Source: the human T2T-CHM13v2.0 reference genome, Homo sapiens | NCBI RefSeq assembly: GCF_009914755.1 | Contig: NC_060937.1 | DNA: 64,000 nucleotides | Strand: one strand, 5' to 3' | In this document: positions 29,213 through 43,183 of the stretch, piece by piece | Layout of the letters: each line of letters begins with the position of its first letter | Position numbering within the stretch: position 1 is the stretch's first letter | The notes under the pieces: model-generated | Databases searched by the model: none | What the model was told of the DNA's origin: nothing | What the model saw: only the letters and a program-made list of their open reading frames with translations | Program-made: the position numbers and the translations under genes

Positions 29213-30299
29213 TATTTATATATACACATCTATTTATAGATATATCTTTATAGATACGTGTAAAGTAATGAAACTGGTAAGAGGATTTTCTGAAAGTTTG
29301 TACAACTACTACATATTTATTCTAGACATCTTCTCCCAAAGCATTAAGCAGAATAAATTCAAGGGTCTCCTGTACAAGTGATAGATCATTCTTCACAGGA
29401 TACATACTAAGAATAACCTAGTCTCCAGGCTCTTAGGGACAGCAAGGGCAAGCATGAAGCCCTTCACTGGAAGAAAAAAAAATAAAAGGGGGTTTGAAAA
29501 GTCTTTAGAGAGAATGATGATTACCACTGGCTTTTCCTCTTTATCTTCTGGGAATCTTCCTTTAGGAGCAATTCTATCAATAGTAAAGGATATGGAAGTA
29601 TTTGGAGATGGTTAGACAAAACAGGAAAGAAATACTCACTTCAGGAAATAGACAATGCTGTCAAGTGCCAAATCACCACAACGTATGTACCACTATCTCT
29701 GAAGTAGTCTAAAATTGTTCCATTATGATATAATATTGTAAGAATGCTATTATAACTATGGAGTTACATTCCAAAATAAATACCTACTGAGTTGGGAAGG
29801 ATGCCTCTGAGCTATGTTAATTAAGAGGAGGAAACTATGCAGCAGGGGTGGCTCTTTCTCATTATACTCCTAGTAGTGCAGTATAACTTTATGACTATGT
29901 TCACATGATAAAAGAAGTTTATATATATGTATATAAATTCATAAAATGAGTAACTTTTATAAAACAACTCGTATATCTCATGTTCAAGATAAAGAAACAA
30001 TGACTTGTGTCTAGGAAGAGAAGCTGATTGGAATTTTAGAAGGGCTATGTACCGGTGCTGTATTTATCGGTCATTTAAAAATTATATTGGCAATACAATA
30101 GGACTTTTATTCTATAGACATTTTTCTTAATGTATTATGATGTTTACAACAGGGCCAACAAGTGCTTTTTGTAAAGGAATACAGAGTAAATAGGCTTCAT
30201 AGGCCAAGAGATAAAACAAATGACTATATATAGGTATTATATAACAAGGAAGAAGAAATTACAAATAATTTTATTAGCAAAATTTAAAACATTATTTTT

Positions 30300-32320
30300 T
30301 CATATCATATATCCACTTGTATAGATTTATAATTATTGTTTCAGACAATTGTCTTCTGAATAACATAAGAAAAAAAGAGGAGGTGAAAGCCAAAAATAAA
30401 ATAATGATGGTTTTTATATTTACCTATGTAGTCACATTTACCAATGTGCTTTATTTCTATTTGGCCTCAGTTATTGCCTAATGTACTTTCAATTTATCCT
30501 GAAAAGTTCCCTTGAGTATTTATTGAAGGGCAGATCTACTATTGACAAACTTTCTCTGCTTTTGTTTTACTGAGAATGTTTTCAATTTCTCTTTAATTTT
30601 TTTAAGAGCAGTTTTGCTGGTTAAAAAATTTTGGTTGATATTTGCTTTTATTCATCACCCTGAATAAGTCATCCTGCTACCCTCTGCTTTCAGGGTTGCT
30701 CATGAGAAATTGTGTGTTAATCTCATAAGTTATAAGTTGCTTCTTTCTTGTTACTTTCAAGATTCTCATTTTTTCTTTGGCTTTAACAACATAATTATAA
30801 TACATGTCAGTATGACTCTCTTTGAGCTTTTCCACATGGAGTTCATTGACCTACTTGGATCTATAGGCTGATGTCTTTCACCATATTTAGAAAGTATTCA
30901 TCTACTATTTATGTTTTTTCTTTCTGGCCCTTTCTTATCTCTCCTTCTGGGATTCACATTGTGTGTATTTTGGTGTGCTTGATGGTGTCCCACAGGCCTC
31001 TTAGGCCCTATAAATTTTCTTTATTCTATTTATTTCTGCTTCTCATATAATAGTCTTAATTAATGTATTTTTAAGTTTACTTATTTCTTCTGTATACTCA
31101 AATTTGCTGTTAAATTCTAGTAAATTTTTCACTTCAGTTATAAAATGTTTTATTCTAGGATTTCTATTTGGATTTATTTTTATAAGTTCTCTTTCTGTTG
31201 GGATTCTATATTTGGTGAGATTGTTCCCCCTTTTTTGTTGTTGTTGTTTTTTTTTAGTTGATTTCATTGATTTTCTTTAACTCTTTAAGAATAGTAAAGA
31301 TACCTGATATAAAATATTTGTCTAGATAGTTTAATGTCTGGGGTTCCTCCCATACATTTTCTAGTAATTCCTTTTCTTTATTCCCTTATGAGTGGTCTAT
31401 ACATTCTTGTTTCTCTTTATAGTTCATATTTTCTTTTTGTAAAAAATTGGATATATTGAATATTATAATATTTTAATTCTGGAAGTCAGATTCTGCCCCG
31501 CCCTAGAGCTGATTATCATCGTCAGTTTTAGCTGTTTGTTTAAACACTTTTCTAAACTGGTTTCGTAAAGACTGTATTCTCTGTCATGTGTGGTCACTTG
31601 GTCACTGACAGATATCTCTGTTCCGTTAGCTTAATGGTCAGCATGTTACTCAAAACAGATTTCCTAGAACACCTAGAGACTAAAAATAAAAAATAAACTC
31701 CTACTCTTTGAAATTACTTTTGTGTTGAGCATGTGTTTTCAGTGCTAGTTGGCCCCTTTACAACCCTGCCTTAGCTGTCAAATTCTGCTTTCATGGAGCC
31801 TAAAAGTGAGCAAGAGGTGAAAGAATAGCATCTTCTTTGGTCATTAATGCGCTTGCATTCAGCCCCAGGAATGCATGTTGCCTTCTGTACTCCTCTGTAT
31901 AAGTGAAAGCTCTCTTATCTATTTTTGTCTTCAATCTCTGTTTTCAGGACTTTTTTGTTCCATTTATTATCCCTTGCTCAATACCTGCAGCTCTTATATT
32001 TTCCTTTAAATGCTTTCAACATATGCCTTGAGAATGTTTTTAAGTAGATAAAACAAAGGTAAGCAAAGTCCCAGGAAACCACCAGGGAAATCGAAATACA
32101 CAACCACTATTCCTTAAGCAAAAGATCCATGTTGCCTACTCTTTTATTGAAAATTTGGCAGTTTCTTTCCTTATTAAGCATTTCCCTGGTTGTTGTAAGA
32201 TTTTGGTTCTATTACACAGATCTAAGAAGTTTAGTCTGAGAAATTTTGCCAGCCTAATTTTTGCTTTGGTGGAAGGAAAGATGTGGAGTTTCTTACTCTG
32301 TTATTTTAGATGACATCAGT
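30300..32320 (-). mobile_element. Old L1M ORF1/5'UTR region
   Basis: GATGGTGTCCCACAGG, ACTTTCAAGATTCTC and TTCTGGAAGTCAGATTC. ORF 31043-31267 resembles a decayed ORF1 coiled-coil region. Confidence 0.75.
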
Positions 32321-32894
32321 AGCAAAACATGTATTTTCTATCATTAAAATCTAGCTTGACCATGCAATTACCATATTTTTTCTGCACTTAAAATCATACT
32401 AGATTTTTACTTAGATTTTATTATTTCAGATGTTGAACATTTTTAAACAATTTGAAGTTATAAAAATGAATATATTACGTAGGTAATCAAATCACAATGA
32501 GAAAATATTTCAATTACACTGAATTTTCCACTAACAATACAAAGAGTAAATCCTGGAACAATTGTGGTTTGAATACAGACCATTGTGCCCACAAGTGAAA
32601 TGTCTTTGATTAGCCTAAAATACAGCTATAATAAAATTTCACATTATGGATGGAAAACATTTTATATTTGTTTGTCTAATATTACAAAATAGCTGAAACT
32701 AATATTGTATCTGGTATATAGTAGAATGTCAGTACATACTTTTGGTCACTTCCTAATTCATTCTATTGCTAATGAAGACATGCGTTACTACACAATTAAA
32801 GACTGACTGAAAATCTCACAAGTATGTTAAAATATTTTGATTAGTAGCATGTTGATTCTAGATAAGCTTGCTTAAAAAACAAACAAAAAAAAAA

Positions 32895-33007
32895 GGAGAC
32901 AATGTCTCTCTATGCTGTTCAGCTGGTCTCAAATTCGTGTTTTCAAATGATCCTCTTGCCTTGGCCTCCCAAACGGTTGGGATTATAGGCATGAGCCATC
33001 ACAGCCA
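32895..33007 (-). mobile_element. Alu monomer (FLAM-like)
   Basis: GATCCTCTTGCCTTGGCCTCCCAAA...GGGATTATAGGCATGAGCC. Confidence 0.85.
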
Positions 33008-33324
33008 TAGGCTTACTTTGCAATTCATAAATTTGTGTTAATCAGGATATAAATCTGTATCTGTATATTTGTTTTCATTGTGAAGTTTCTTGATTTTACA
33101 CTGAATGTGATCACATTTTGAGAAAATACAGATAAACTGTCCAATGTACTTAATCTACTAGGAAGAATAGACCTATATTTTATTATTAAAAATTGTGTAA
33201 ATTTTAGTTAGCTTAATTGAACAATTAAGCTTAAAATGAATAAGAACAGTGTTCACATTCATTTTATTTCTATTTTCCTCTTTCTTAGAGCTTGGACATT
33301 TCTTTTAGAATTCCTTGTTCTTCC

Positions 33325-33400
33325 TTTCTTTTTTTTATTTTGTATTTTATTTTATTTTATTTTTTATTATATTTTATGTTTTAGGGTACATGTGCACAAC
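33325..33400 (-). mobile_element. Very short L1PA 3' terminus with T-rich tail
   Basis: TTTTAGGGTACATGTGCACAAC preceded by (TTTTA)n. Confidence 0.75.
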
Positions 33401-36185
33401 TTCAGTAACAGAAAAAGGGAAGAGAAGCAGATAGCAAATCATTTTCTTCTTTAATACTTCAAAACCTTCCCTAGAAAATTGTTTAGAAGCACCCACATAC
33501 AAGCAGCGTATCTGTGAAAAGTAGTCCATTTTCTATTATGTTCCAGAGGTGGCTATTGTTGTATAGTCTTAAATTCCTACATTTTCCCACACTCCATACA
33601 TTCCCCCTCCTTCCTGAAACAGAATGGTTCAGTAATTCTCAATTCTTAACGTTTGTGAGAAGACAGAAAAGTATCTCAAAAAACAGTGTGGAGAGGAATA
33701 AAATGGGGATATTGAGAGCTTTCTGTCAGTGTATTATTTCATCTTTCCTTCATAATCTTTTTATTTATTTGTTATGTTTGAGCAAGAGTGGTAACTGATA
33801 ATGAGAAATTAAAATGTTCAGTGTTAGAAAATATCTTTAAAAGAATGCTTTGACTATTTCCCTTGTGAGTGGTCCATACATTCTTGTTTCTCTTTATGGT
33901 TCACATTTTCTTTTGGTAAAAATTGGACATTTTTACCAAAATTACAAAATTATAATTACAGTATTATAATATTGTAATTCTGGAAGTCAGATTATGCACC
34001 TCCCTAGAGTTGATTATCACTGCTTTGTGAGTTTTAGCTGTTTGTTTACATACTTTTCTAACCTAGTTTTGTAAAGACTGTATTCTTTGTCATTTATGGT
34101 CTCTTGGTCACTGACATCTTTGTTCCATTAGCTTAATGGTCAGCATGTTATCCAAAAAAGATTTTGATTTAAAATTCTGATCTAAATATCTAAGTTAAAG
34201 GTATTCTTCCTGTAATCAGCTATTCTCTCTCTTTAGCAGTTTCTCATGGTAACTAGTATTTAATACCAAATTTGAAAACAATGTATTTGTATTACCAAAT
34301 ATAGATATTTCCATTTTAGATCTTGACACTGTGGATGACATGGATTAAATTATTTTGCAGCCCAATCTTACCTGTTTACTTATAACACAATTTTTATTTC
34401 AACCAGATTTCAGAGTTTGCCTCTTTTATGACTTTTTAGATATTATTCACAGCTGAGACATGCACAGTTCTCTATTTTCTCTCATTTACTAGGTTTTTTG
34501 CTAACACTTGTCTATGCTTAATTTTACTATTTATTACTAAATGATTGGCACATTCTTTATCCTAAAGCTGTATATCCTGATGATGATTTTGAAGTTTTAC
34601 TCCAGTCGGAGCTGTGTGCTCTCCAGGCCTGCTGTGAACAATACCTGGAAGGACTACCCTTCAGCATCCTCTTGGGAGTCTCTCTCCCTATCTCTAGTGC
34701 TAAAAGCTGTAGATCCTGATTCCATAGCTTCCTATTTCTTGTTTACTATCATTTTGTAGGGTATCTTTCAGCAATTTTCAGAGTGTCAAGATCTAAAATG
34801 GAAATATCTATGTTTGATAATATAAATATGTTGTTTTCAAAACTGGAATTAAATATTAGTTAAATACTGTGGATGATATGGATGAAACTTTTTTTCCAGC
34901 CAATCTCACCTGTTTACTTAAACAATTGTCAGAGTGTTGATTGTATGCACCTATCAAAAAATTTATTTATTTTACAATCATACTTGTTTCATTATAGGAC
35001 TAGTATAAAATTCTGCTATAGAAAACAACAGCCCTCTGAATTTTAAATTCCTTCGTTCTTTATAAGGTGTTTTGTAGTATTATTATAAGTTATTTAAAAT
35101 TTTTATTACTCAATTATTTATCCATTCATTTCTCCCTCTCTATCTGCCTCTCTCTCTTTCTTCCTCCCTTCCTCTCTCTTTCTCTCCCACTCCCTCTCTT
35201 TGTTCTCTCTGGATGCTTTTAGAATATTCTATCTTATCTCTCATATTTCAGACTTAATTTTACAATGCTATGTTTTGATATGGAATTTTGAAAATTATTT
35301 GTGTTGGGTTTTCATTAGACCCCTTCGGTCTGACTGTTCCTTAACATGGAGAAGGTTTTATTATGTTCTTGATAATTTCATCTCCTAAATTTTCTCTGTT
35401 CTCAATTTTTGTGACTCCTTTAATTATTACATTTCTTAGCTTAATATTCTCATTATCTTCTCTAGTTAGTAATTCTTTTTTGTGAAATTTTTTTAAAGTC
35501 TGGGCTCTATGACTATAAATTGTTTACTTTTTGTAACTTATTTTTAATTTGCAAAAAATCCTTTTTATTATATAAAAATTTTACATTATATACAATATTA
35601 TTATGTCAATAAAGCAATAGCCTGTTTATAAACTTGAGTCTTTTATTTTTTTTTTCTTTTTCTTACACAATGTCTTAGATGTTTTACTGCTTTGTGTTTT
35701 TTTCCCCTTGGCTTTATTCTTTCTTTTATTTTACAATTTTTTTTCCAAATACATATTAGAAATCAGTGGTTCCCCTACACTTAAGATATGTCTTTAAAGA
35801 CATGATAAAAGAACTTCATGTTTGGTGGTTGAAATTGTGATTGGTGAGCATTCACCATCAATTCCTTGAAATTAGGGCCAATTATTTAAATTTTAAAAAA
35901 TTAATCACCATTAACATTTGACATTTTCTTCTGAGCTAGACTGTTTCTCAGAAAGAAATTGAACATTTTGTGTATTAGAGCTCACGAGGCTTCTTCCCAC
36001 ATTACCAGAAATGTGGCATGTGGGGGAGGTAATGCCTCACTGTTCAGTGTGTGTACTTTTTCATTTAATCTCCTTATTTTTGAATATTCTCTTGCCTTCA
36101 GAGTTGCTTCAGGTTCCCAGATTCTCTCTGAATCAATCTTTCCTGAGAGAATAAACTTCCATCCTTTTATCAGGGTGAAGGTTGC

Positions 36186-36648
36186 TGTATTCATTTCCTG
36201 CCTTTGCTATAACAAATTACCCAACATCTGTGACTTAAAAAGCAATTTATTTTGTCACAGTTCAGAATCCCAGAAGTCTGAAATCAAGGCGACTACAGAG
36301 TTCTGTTCCCTACAGAGGCTATAACAGGGAATCTGTTCCTAGTCTCTTTCAGCTGTGGTGGCTTTCATCATTCCTTGAATGGTGACTGCATCACTCTAAT
36401 TTCTACCACCATTTTTCCATCACCTTTTCTTTTTCTTTGTCTGTGTCTTCTTCTCCATTAAATCTCTCTCTGCCTTTCTCTTACCAGGATACTTGTCATT
36501 GGTTTTTAAGCCCACTCTGGTGATACAGAATGATCTTCTTATCTCAAGATCCTTAATTTACATTTTTTAAGATGCCATTCACAAATTTCACTGATTAGGA
36601 TGTGGACTTAACTTTTCAGAGAGAGGGGTCACTATTCCATCTACCACA
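36186..36648 (-). mobile_element. MLT1 LTR (MLT1B/C-like)
   Basis: GCTATAACAAATTACC, CAGAAGTCTGAAATCAAGG, ATCTCAAGATCCTTAA; ends CTACCACA. Confidence 0.85.
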
Positions 36649-39600
36649 AATAGATAGTTCTGTGACTATACAGTGCAGTAGTAGAAGCTACCTAGATTTC
36701 TTTTTCTTGTGTGGATGTTTTTAACCAATCTTTCCATTTTACCAATCTTTTCTTCCCCCCCCCCCCCACCCCCCCCCCAACCTCTGCTTTTAGAGGCAAC
36801 TTTTTCCTTTCATTCCTGAGCACATTCTGGGTTTTAGGCCAAAAACTGTTTAAGATTGTTTATAAGACTATAGGTATGACTCTCACCTTCTTTGCTATGA
36901 TAATAACTTATCCGTATTTACATGCATTCCAGCTTCGAGAATTATTTGACCTCTGTCAGCTATCGTCATATTTTCTGATCTCCCAGTCATTGCACTGAAT
37001 GACTCTTACAAAATTTCATGTATGAGCATTTTGAGAAATTTTTAGCAAGGAGATGGAGAGATAGGGAGTCCTGTATTCAGTATAAACACTGTATTTTCTA
37101 TGTTTAGCCAGAATTATTGCAACATATTTTTCAAAATTATAAACATATAATAAACATGCCTTTCTTGATAATACTGTCTTCATTGTTTTTAAGTTTAAAA
37201 AATGATGCAAGAAAAATACTTCTAATTTCAGGCCACATTTTAAACATAGGAATAATTGTATACAACTTTTTAATCTGCATTTATTTGTGAAGTACCACAA
37301 GGTGGATTTTGTTTTGCTAATTACTATGAACAGACACTAAATTCTATATAGCTTTAAAATGTCTGGTAAAGAGTATGAGTGCCTGTGCACTAAAGCTATT
37401 TTTCATTCTCTAAATGTATTTGGCAAATTTACTGTCTCATGAATCAACAAGCTTTGACCTTGCAAATAAAATAATTAAAAGAAGGATTGTGCACATCATC
37501 TGTCATAATCAGTGTTTTCTAAAGACCAAGTATATCTGAAATTATTTGTCATTTCAAATCCACCTAATGCATTTATATGAATGTCTTAGGTTATGTATAC
37601 TGCCTCCTTTTTCAGCATGCTGATGTTTATTTGTGTTTTCAAACACTTTAATAGTTGAAAAATAATCCATCAATCCCCCATTTAACAGCTGCTCAAGAGT
37701 GGTCAATTTATTCTGCAAAATGAACAGTCTGAAGTTCTACTCAGCTAAGTAACTAAATAATACCTAAAAATTAAAACAAATTAATAGAACAGAAATTAAA
37801 ATATTGCAATCACTTATGGAATTCATAGTAAACTAGCGATCAGGATAAATGTATATTGGACCCTGCTGTTATGTGATATTGGCCAAGTAAATGTATCTTT
37901 TGGATTTCAGTCAGTTTATTTCTAAAAGAAAAGCAGTTTTCACCGTTTTATTCTAGAGTATAGCATATAGTGTATATTCAAAGTTTTTGAGAAAAGGCAT
38001 TCCTGGTTGAGAGGATTGAATTATGAATTAATGAAAGAATAAAAAATGCTTTTTAAACGTATACTGAAAAACTAAAAGTCATGAGAAAAAAAATCCTATT
38101 ATTTTGAACTTGAAATACTTGCTACATATAAGTGTATAAAATCCATCTATCCCTGAAAATGAGGAAATAGTGTATGAGAAATACTTCTTTCTTCTGTATC
38201 TATTGATTTGTTTACTTATGAACTACAGCAAACAACTAGAAAATGATTAGGGAAAGAATTGGGGACTCAACCTTACATTTGTTCTTAAAACCCAATCGTC
38301 TATTTATCATGTCTCCTCTATAATTACTCTGTTTTATGTTTTTAGAGTTTATGATTCACTGGGTAAATGACATACTACTTAGCATGATATACTTAAAGAA
38401 GTTAACTTAGAAATTAGGTTTTAACCTATAAATTTACAGTTCTCTGCTGTGAACCAAACTGTAACTTGTGCTACAGGAAAATAATCTACTTTGCTTGTGA
38501 TTTCCTTTATACACAAATACACAGTTGCACATGAAAATGATAATATATACACTGTTTGACAAGCACCTCCAGCTAAGTATAATTTTACTTGGTGATGTGT
38601 TTATTTGTATCTTTAGGAGAAGGAAAATAAAATTTTCCTCTTATTAGTCCATATAATTTTAGGATGAATCACGAAAAGACTTGTAAAGTAACTGATAGTA
38701 TACCATTTAAATAATAAAAAAGATAAACAGTTGTAATAAATGGGTAGTAAACATATAAAATCTAGTAATTCAATAAGACAACATATTAACATATTCAATG
38801 ACAAAGTGGCATACAAAAATGTATGCCCAATATGCAAAACCTCAGAAATGTTACACACATTGATTATTTTTAGAGTATATAATTACAATGACTTATTTTT
38901 AAAAGTAATAGTTAACCCTAAATAAAATTTGCATATCATAATTAAAATAATGAGGTTCTGGTAATAAAATTTCAAATAATATAAGTTAAAAATGGAATTT
39001 CATTTTTGAGTGCTGAAAAATATCTATGGTACTTTATTTACTTTTAGATGGCTTGTGAAAATTGCTGTGACCATTTGTTTTCCCAGAATTTTCTTATTCA
39101 TTCATGTAAACCTTCACATGAGACAACATCGATTGGATGCCTGTGTGGTGAAGTATCTTCCACACATTATCTGCATTTCATTTAGTTTAAAAATAAGCCA
39201 CTTCAAGATAGTAACTACTAATATTTCCAATTTGTACCAATATGACTCTGTACCCAATGTTACCATAACTGACAAAACTGTGACTTGATCCCAAGTATGC
39301 CTGAATTCAAAGCAGTTTTATTAACCTTTATGAGTTTACATTAGAGTATAATTAGTGACATCATTGTGATAATGCACATTTTTACGGGAGCAGAAAGCAA
39401 GACAAGGAAATAACTGCTTAGCAGGTTAGGCAAACATTACATATAAAGAGTGATATCTGTTTTAATACTTGAACTACAGGAGGCATTTTATCAAATAGAG
39501 AAAAGGAAAAGAGGATCAAAAAAAGAAAACAAAGTAAAAATTGCAAAAACATGCAATTGTATTCTTTTTTTTCAATTAGACAAGTATTAAGTACCTACTA

Positions 39601-42600
39601 TTTTCTAGGTATTACAAGAAATTCTAGTAATATTAACAATGCCAAAACTCCAGCCTCTATCAATTTACCTTTGGCTTCTTTAAAATGCACCACATAATGC
39701 TTATCAACAAGGGATTCACAGCGTTACTCATGCCTGCCCCAGCTTCTGCCCAATCTAGGGAAGATGCTGGAAAAAACCACAGTCACATTCCACTGGAAAA
39801 TACATAGACAATTATAAGTGTTAACAAAAGAAATATTCAATAAGTAAAGCATGCATAGGTACTGAGAAAAAGAGCTTAACTCTGCTCAAGAGATCATAGC
39901 GAACTTCAAAGAATAGATAACACCAGATGGATTTGGGGAATTTAGCATAATTCTGTGTGGCTAGAACACAGTGTTGGGGGTGGGAGTTGAGAAAGACTGG
40001 AAAAGGAAACACAAGGTCAGATTGTGAAGGGTCTTTTCAGGCAACAGGGAAAATTTTACAACTAAAATAAAGTTTAAGTTTGATCTTAGAGGCAAAACAG
40101 AAATTCACCAGGTATATAGGAAGTAGAAGAGCCACAGAAATTTCACAAAGAAATATATATAATTAGTGATTACTTTAATGCAGAATAATGTAAGAGTTTA
40201 AGAGCTGATAAGTTAAAAGTGTATCTATGCTTGATAAACATAGATCAAGGTATTTAAACATATTGGAGACAGAAAAACTAATGATAAAAATATTGGTATA
40301 CACACAGGAATAGGGTTCTTAACTGATTTATCTATCTGGATTCTCACATATATATCAATATTCATACATTCATAAATATAATATTCACAAATGCATAAGT
40401 TAATGACAATAATTTAATAGTATTTAATGGTATTCATAGACTCATAAATGTTTATATATTTATAACTTTTAAAATTGTAATAGATACATATATATCTTTT
40501 TATTTCTATACATGATGGTGAAAGAATACTAATTTGTATATGGGATTCTATACTATGTTTTGTCATGGCAACAGTAGGTGAGGCCACTAGCTGAATGGAA
40601 AGTGTACAGAAATGGCCGTATCTTCTTTTACATGCCACTTTGGCCCCTTTGAGTGTATGTCTTCTGATGTAGCTGACCGAAGTTGGCTTTGGGTGTTGGT
40701 TTATAGAAGTGATAGGCTCTCTAAAGGACTTCAGGCTGGGTCATGTTGTTCAGCACATCTTACCAAAATTCCACATCGAAATTTAGGGCACTTCTAAACT
40801 AGTAATCTTTTTCTTTTGTTCTTTTCCTGACTTCTTTTTTATAAACCCCATAGTTGAATAGTTAGGCTCCAAAGCTGAATTTGTGAGGAAAATACATTAG
40901 GAAATACATGTATCTATCAGGATTATAACTTGATTGACAATATGAACTATGATCAAAGAAAAATTTATTCCAAAGTTTATTTAAAATTATTCAATATCAG
41001 ACTATAGAAAATATAAAAATAAAACATTTTATCTTCTTCATAAAAATGCTAAATTAGTTATTTACTGATCCACTTTTTCAAAATAATTTTCATTTTGTTG
41101 TGTAAAAATTTGTTCACGTAAAATATTTCAGAGAAGGTAAATATCACTGGTTTTAGTCCTCCATTCTATAATTCTTACCCAAACAAATTTTATACCATGC
41201 TTTAGAGCATTTTTTTTCTGTCAATTAACTGCTACAGGGTATCCCTGTCAAGGAGTTATGTGATTGATATTTAAGTTGCTATCACTTTCAAGATGTGTGT
41301 GTGTGTAGATATATATTCAAATATGTGCATTTTTGAGTTAGTATAATCCAGGCCCTACTCCAAAAGTAAATATGGTAATTGAAAGGTACTCCCATTTCCC
41401 TTAAACTAAGTGTAAATATAGCATGCTATATTATCAAAACAAAATTTGTAACCAGTCCCTACTTAGGAATAAACATGTATTCTAAATTAGAGTTTGTGTT
41501 TTGCCATAGAACAATCTGAAATTTCTTAACAACTATTTGTTAATCACCTTTTAAAATTGTTTTATAAGAATCTAATGTAGAATTTAGAAAATGACTAACA
41601 TACCATCAGCCATGAACTTTCACAGAATTGGAGACATCACTTACTCTCCACATCAAATAACATATTAAAAAAAGCAAAACTGTACATAATAGATCATTAT
41701 AATTTTGGTTCCTTATTTATCTTAATAAACATCTCTTAAACTCAGCAATAGAGCAAATATGCCTTCATGAAAATTATATAAAAATTTTATGCCAAAATAA
41801 ACTCAGCAGTAAAAACTTATGTGAATTTCAAAAATTGCCAATGAGCTTCACAGTTTTCTGGTGGGTTTCCCAGCTGTTTGCAAGTTATTTCTTTTTCAAT
41901 CCTATGAAATTTATTCTGTACTATACATCACTGTTGTAAATTAAATTTCTTATTCCTTTAGTTCCTAACTATTAACTGTGCTTGAGTGATCGCACTAATA
42001 TTGTGTTTGGCAGTCATCAGTGTCACTAATCTTCAACAAAGCTGTGTGTTTTGTTCTGTTTGCTACTGCCATATGTTGCTACAACATGTTTTATTAGATG
42101 GTTGACACACCCAGAAACAGCATGTAGTCTCTCTCTTCATCTATCTACAGCTAGCTTCTCATAATCCTAATAGAATTTATTTAAAAATAAGGAGAATTCT
42201 CAACCTTTTTGTAATCTCAGTAATTCATTAGTTTTATAAACTATGATAATCATCTCTTTTGAATTTAATGAAATGTGAAGACAGAGTGAAATATCACATG
42301 TGTGGACAATGACACTTTCTTTACTGAAGCATCTAGCATTTTCTTTATGTCCCTTATATTTAGTATTTCTGAATTGATGGTTTAGATTTAACAGTTCCTC
42401 CTGGTGACAAAAAAAAAAAACGATGCAATGATTGTGATTTTTAATTAAATAATTCAAACTGTAATCAGATCATAACATTTTTAACTAGTTTTACTGGTTA
42501 TGGAAACTTAGAAATGTTTAAAATAACACACAATAACAGCAAGGAAAAACAAATCCCTCTATAATCAAAATGCAGCAGTTTATCATATATAAGAATCTTT

Positions 42601-43183
42601 ACCAAAGTTTACAGAGCATAGACATACAAAAACTGCTACTATCCCAAAATTTCTATCTGAAAAGCTCATTAGCAATGGGGGAAAATTCTGACTACTCCTG
42701 ATGCTTTCTTCCTATTATAATAAGATAACCAGAAGTAACATCTGTTCCTTACTATTCCCTACTGACTGTGTCTAAGTGAACATGGAAAATTTGTAAATTT
42801 GGGGATGGAAGACGGAGCAGCATACATAGACCGCTTTGTCCTTTTGTCTCCTTGAAAGTAATAGGGGCTGCAAAGAGCAAGGATTTTCCTTGCTCTTTCA
42901 ACAGCATAGAGGTCATATATCCAACATGCCTAAGACCAAGTGGCTGGGCAGCCATACTCAGATACTTGGATAGCAGGCCCATTTAGCCACAAAAACAAGC
43001 TAGCTACACCTAACCAACTCCTACCTAAAAGTAATCCCTCTGTGTGCTTACAGGACTCTATATTGTTCTATTTTATTAAGTACATGGCACAAACAATTCA
43101 CTCTTTCTCCTTTTATATTTTAAAATCTCTACTAACTTATTCTCATGATCAATCAAATATGCTCTTATCTCCAATAACTTGTT

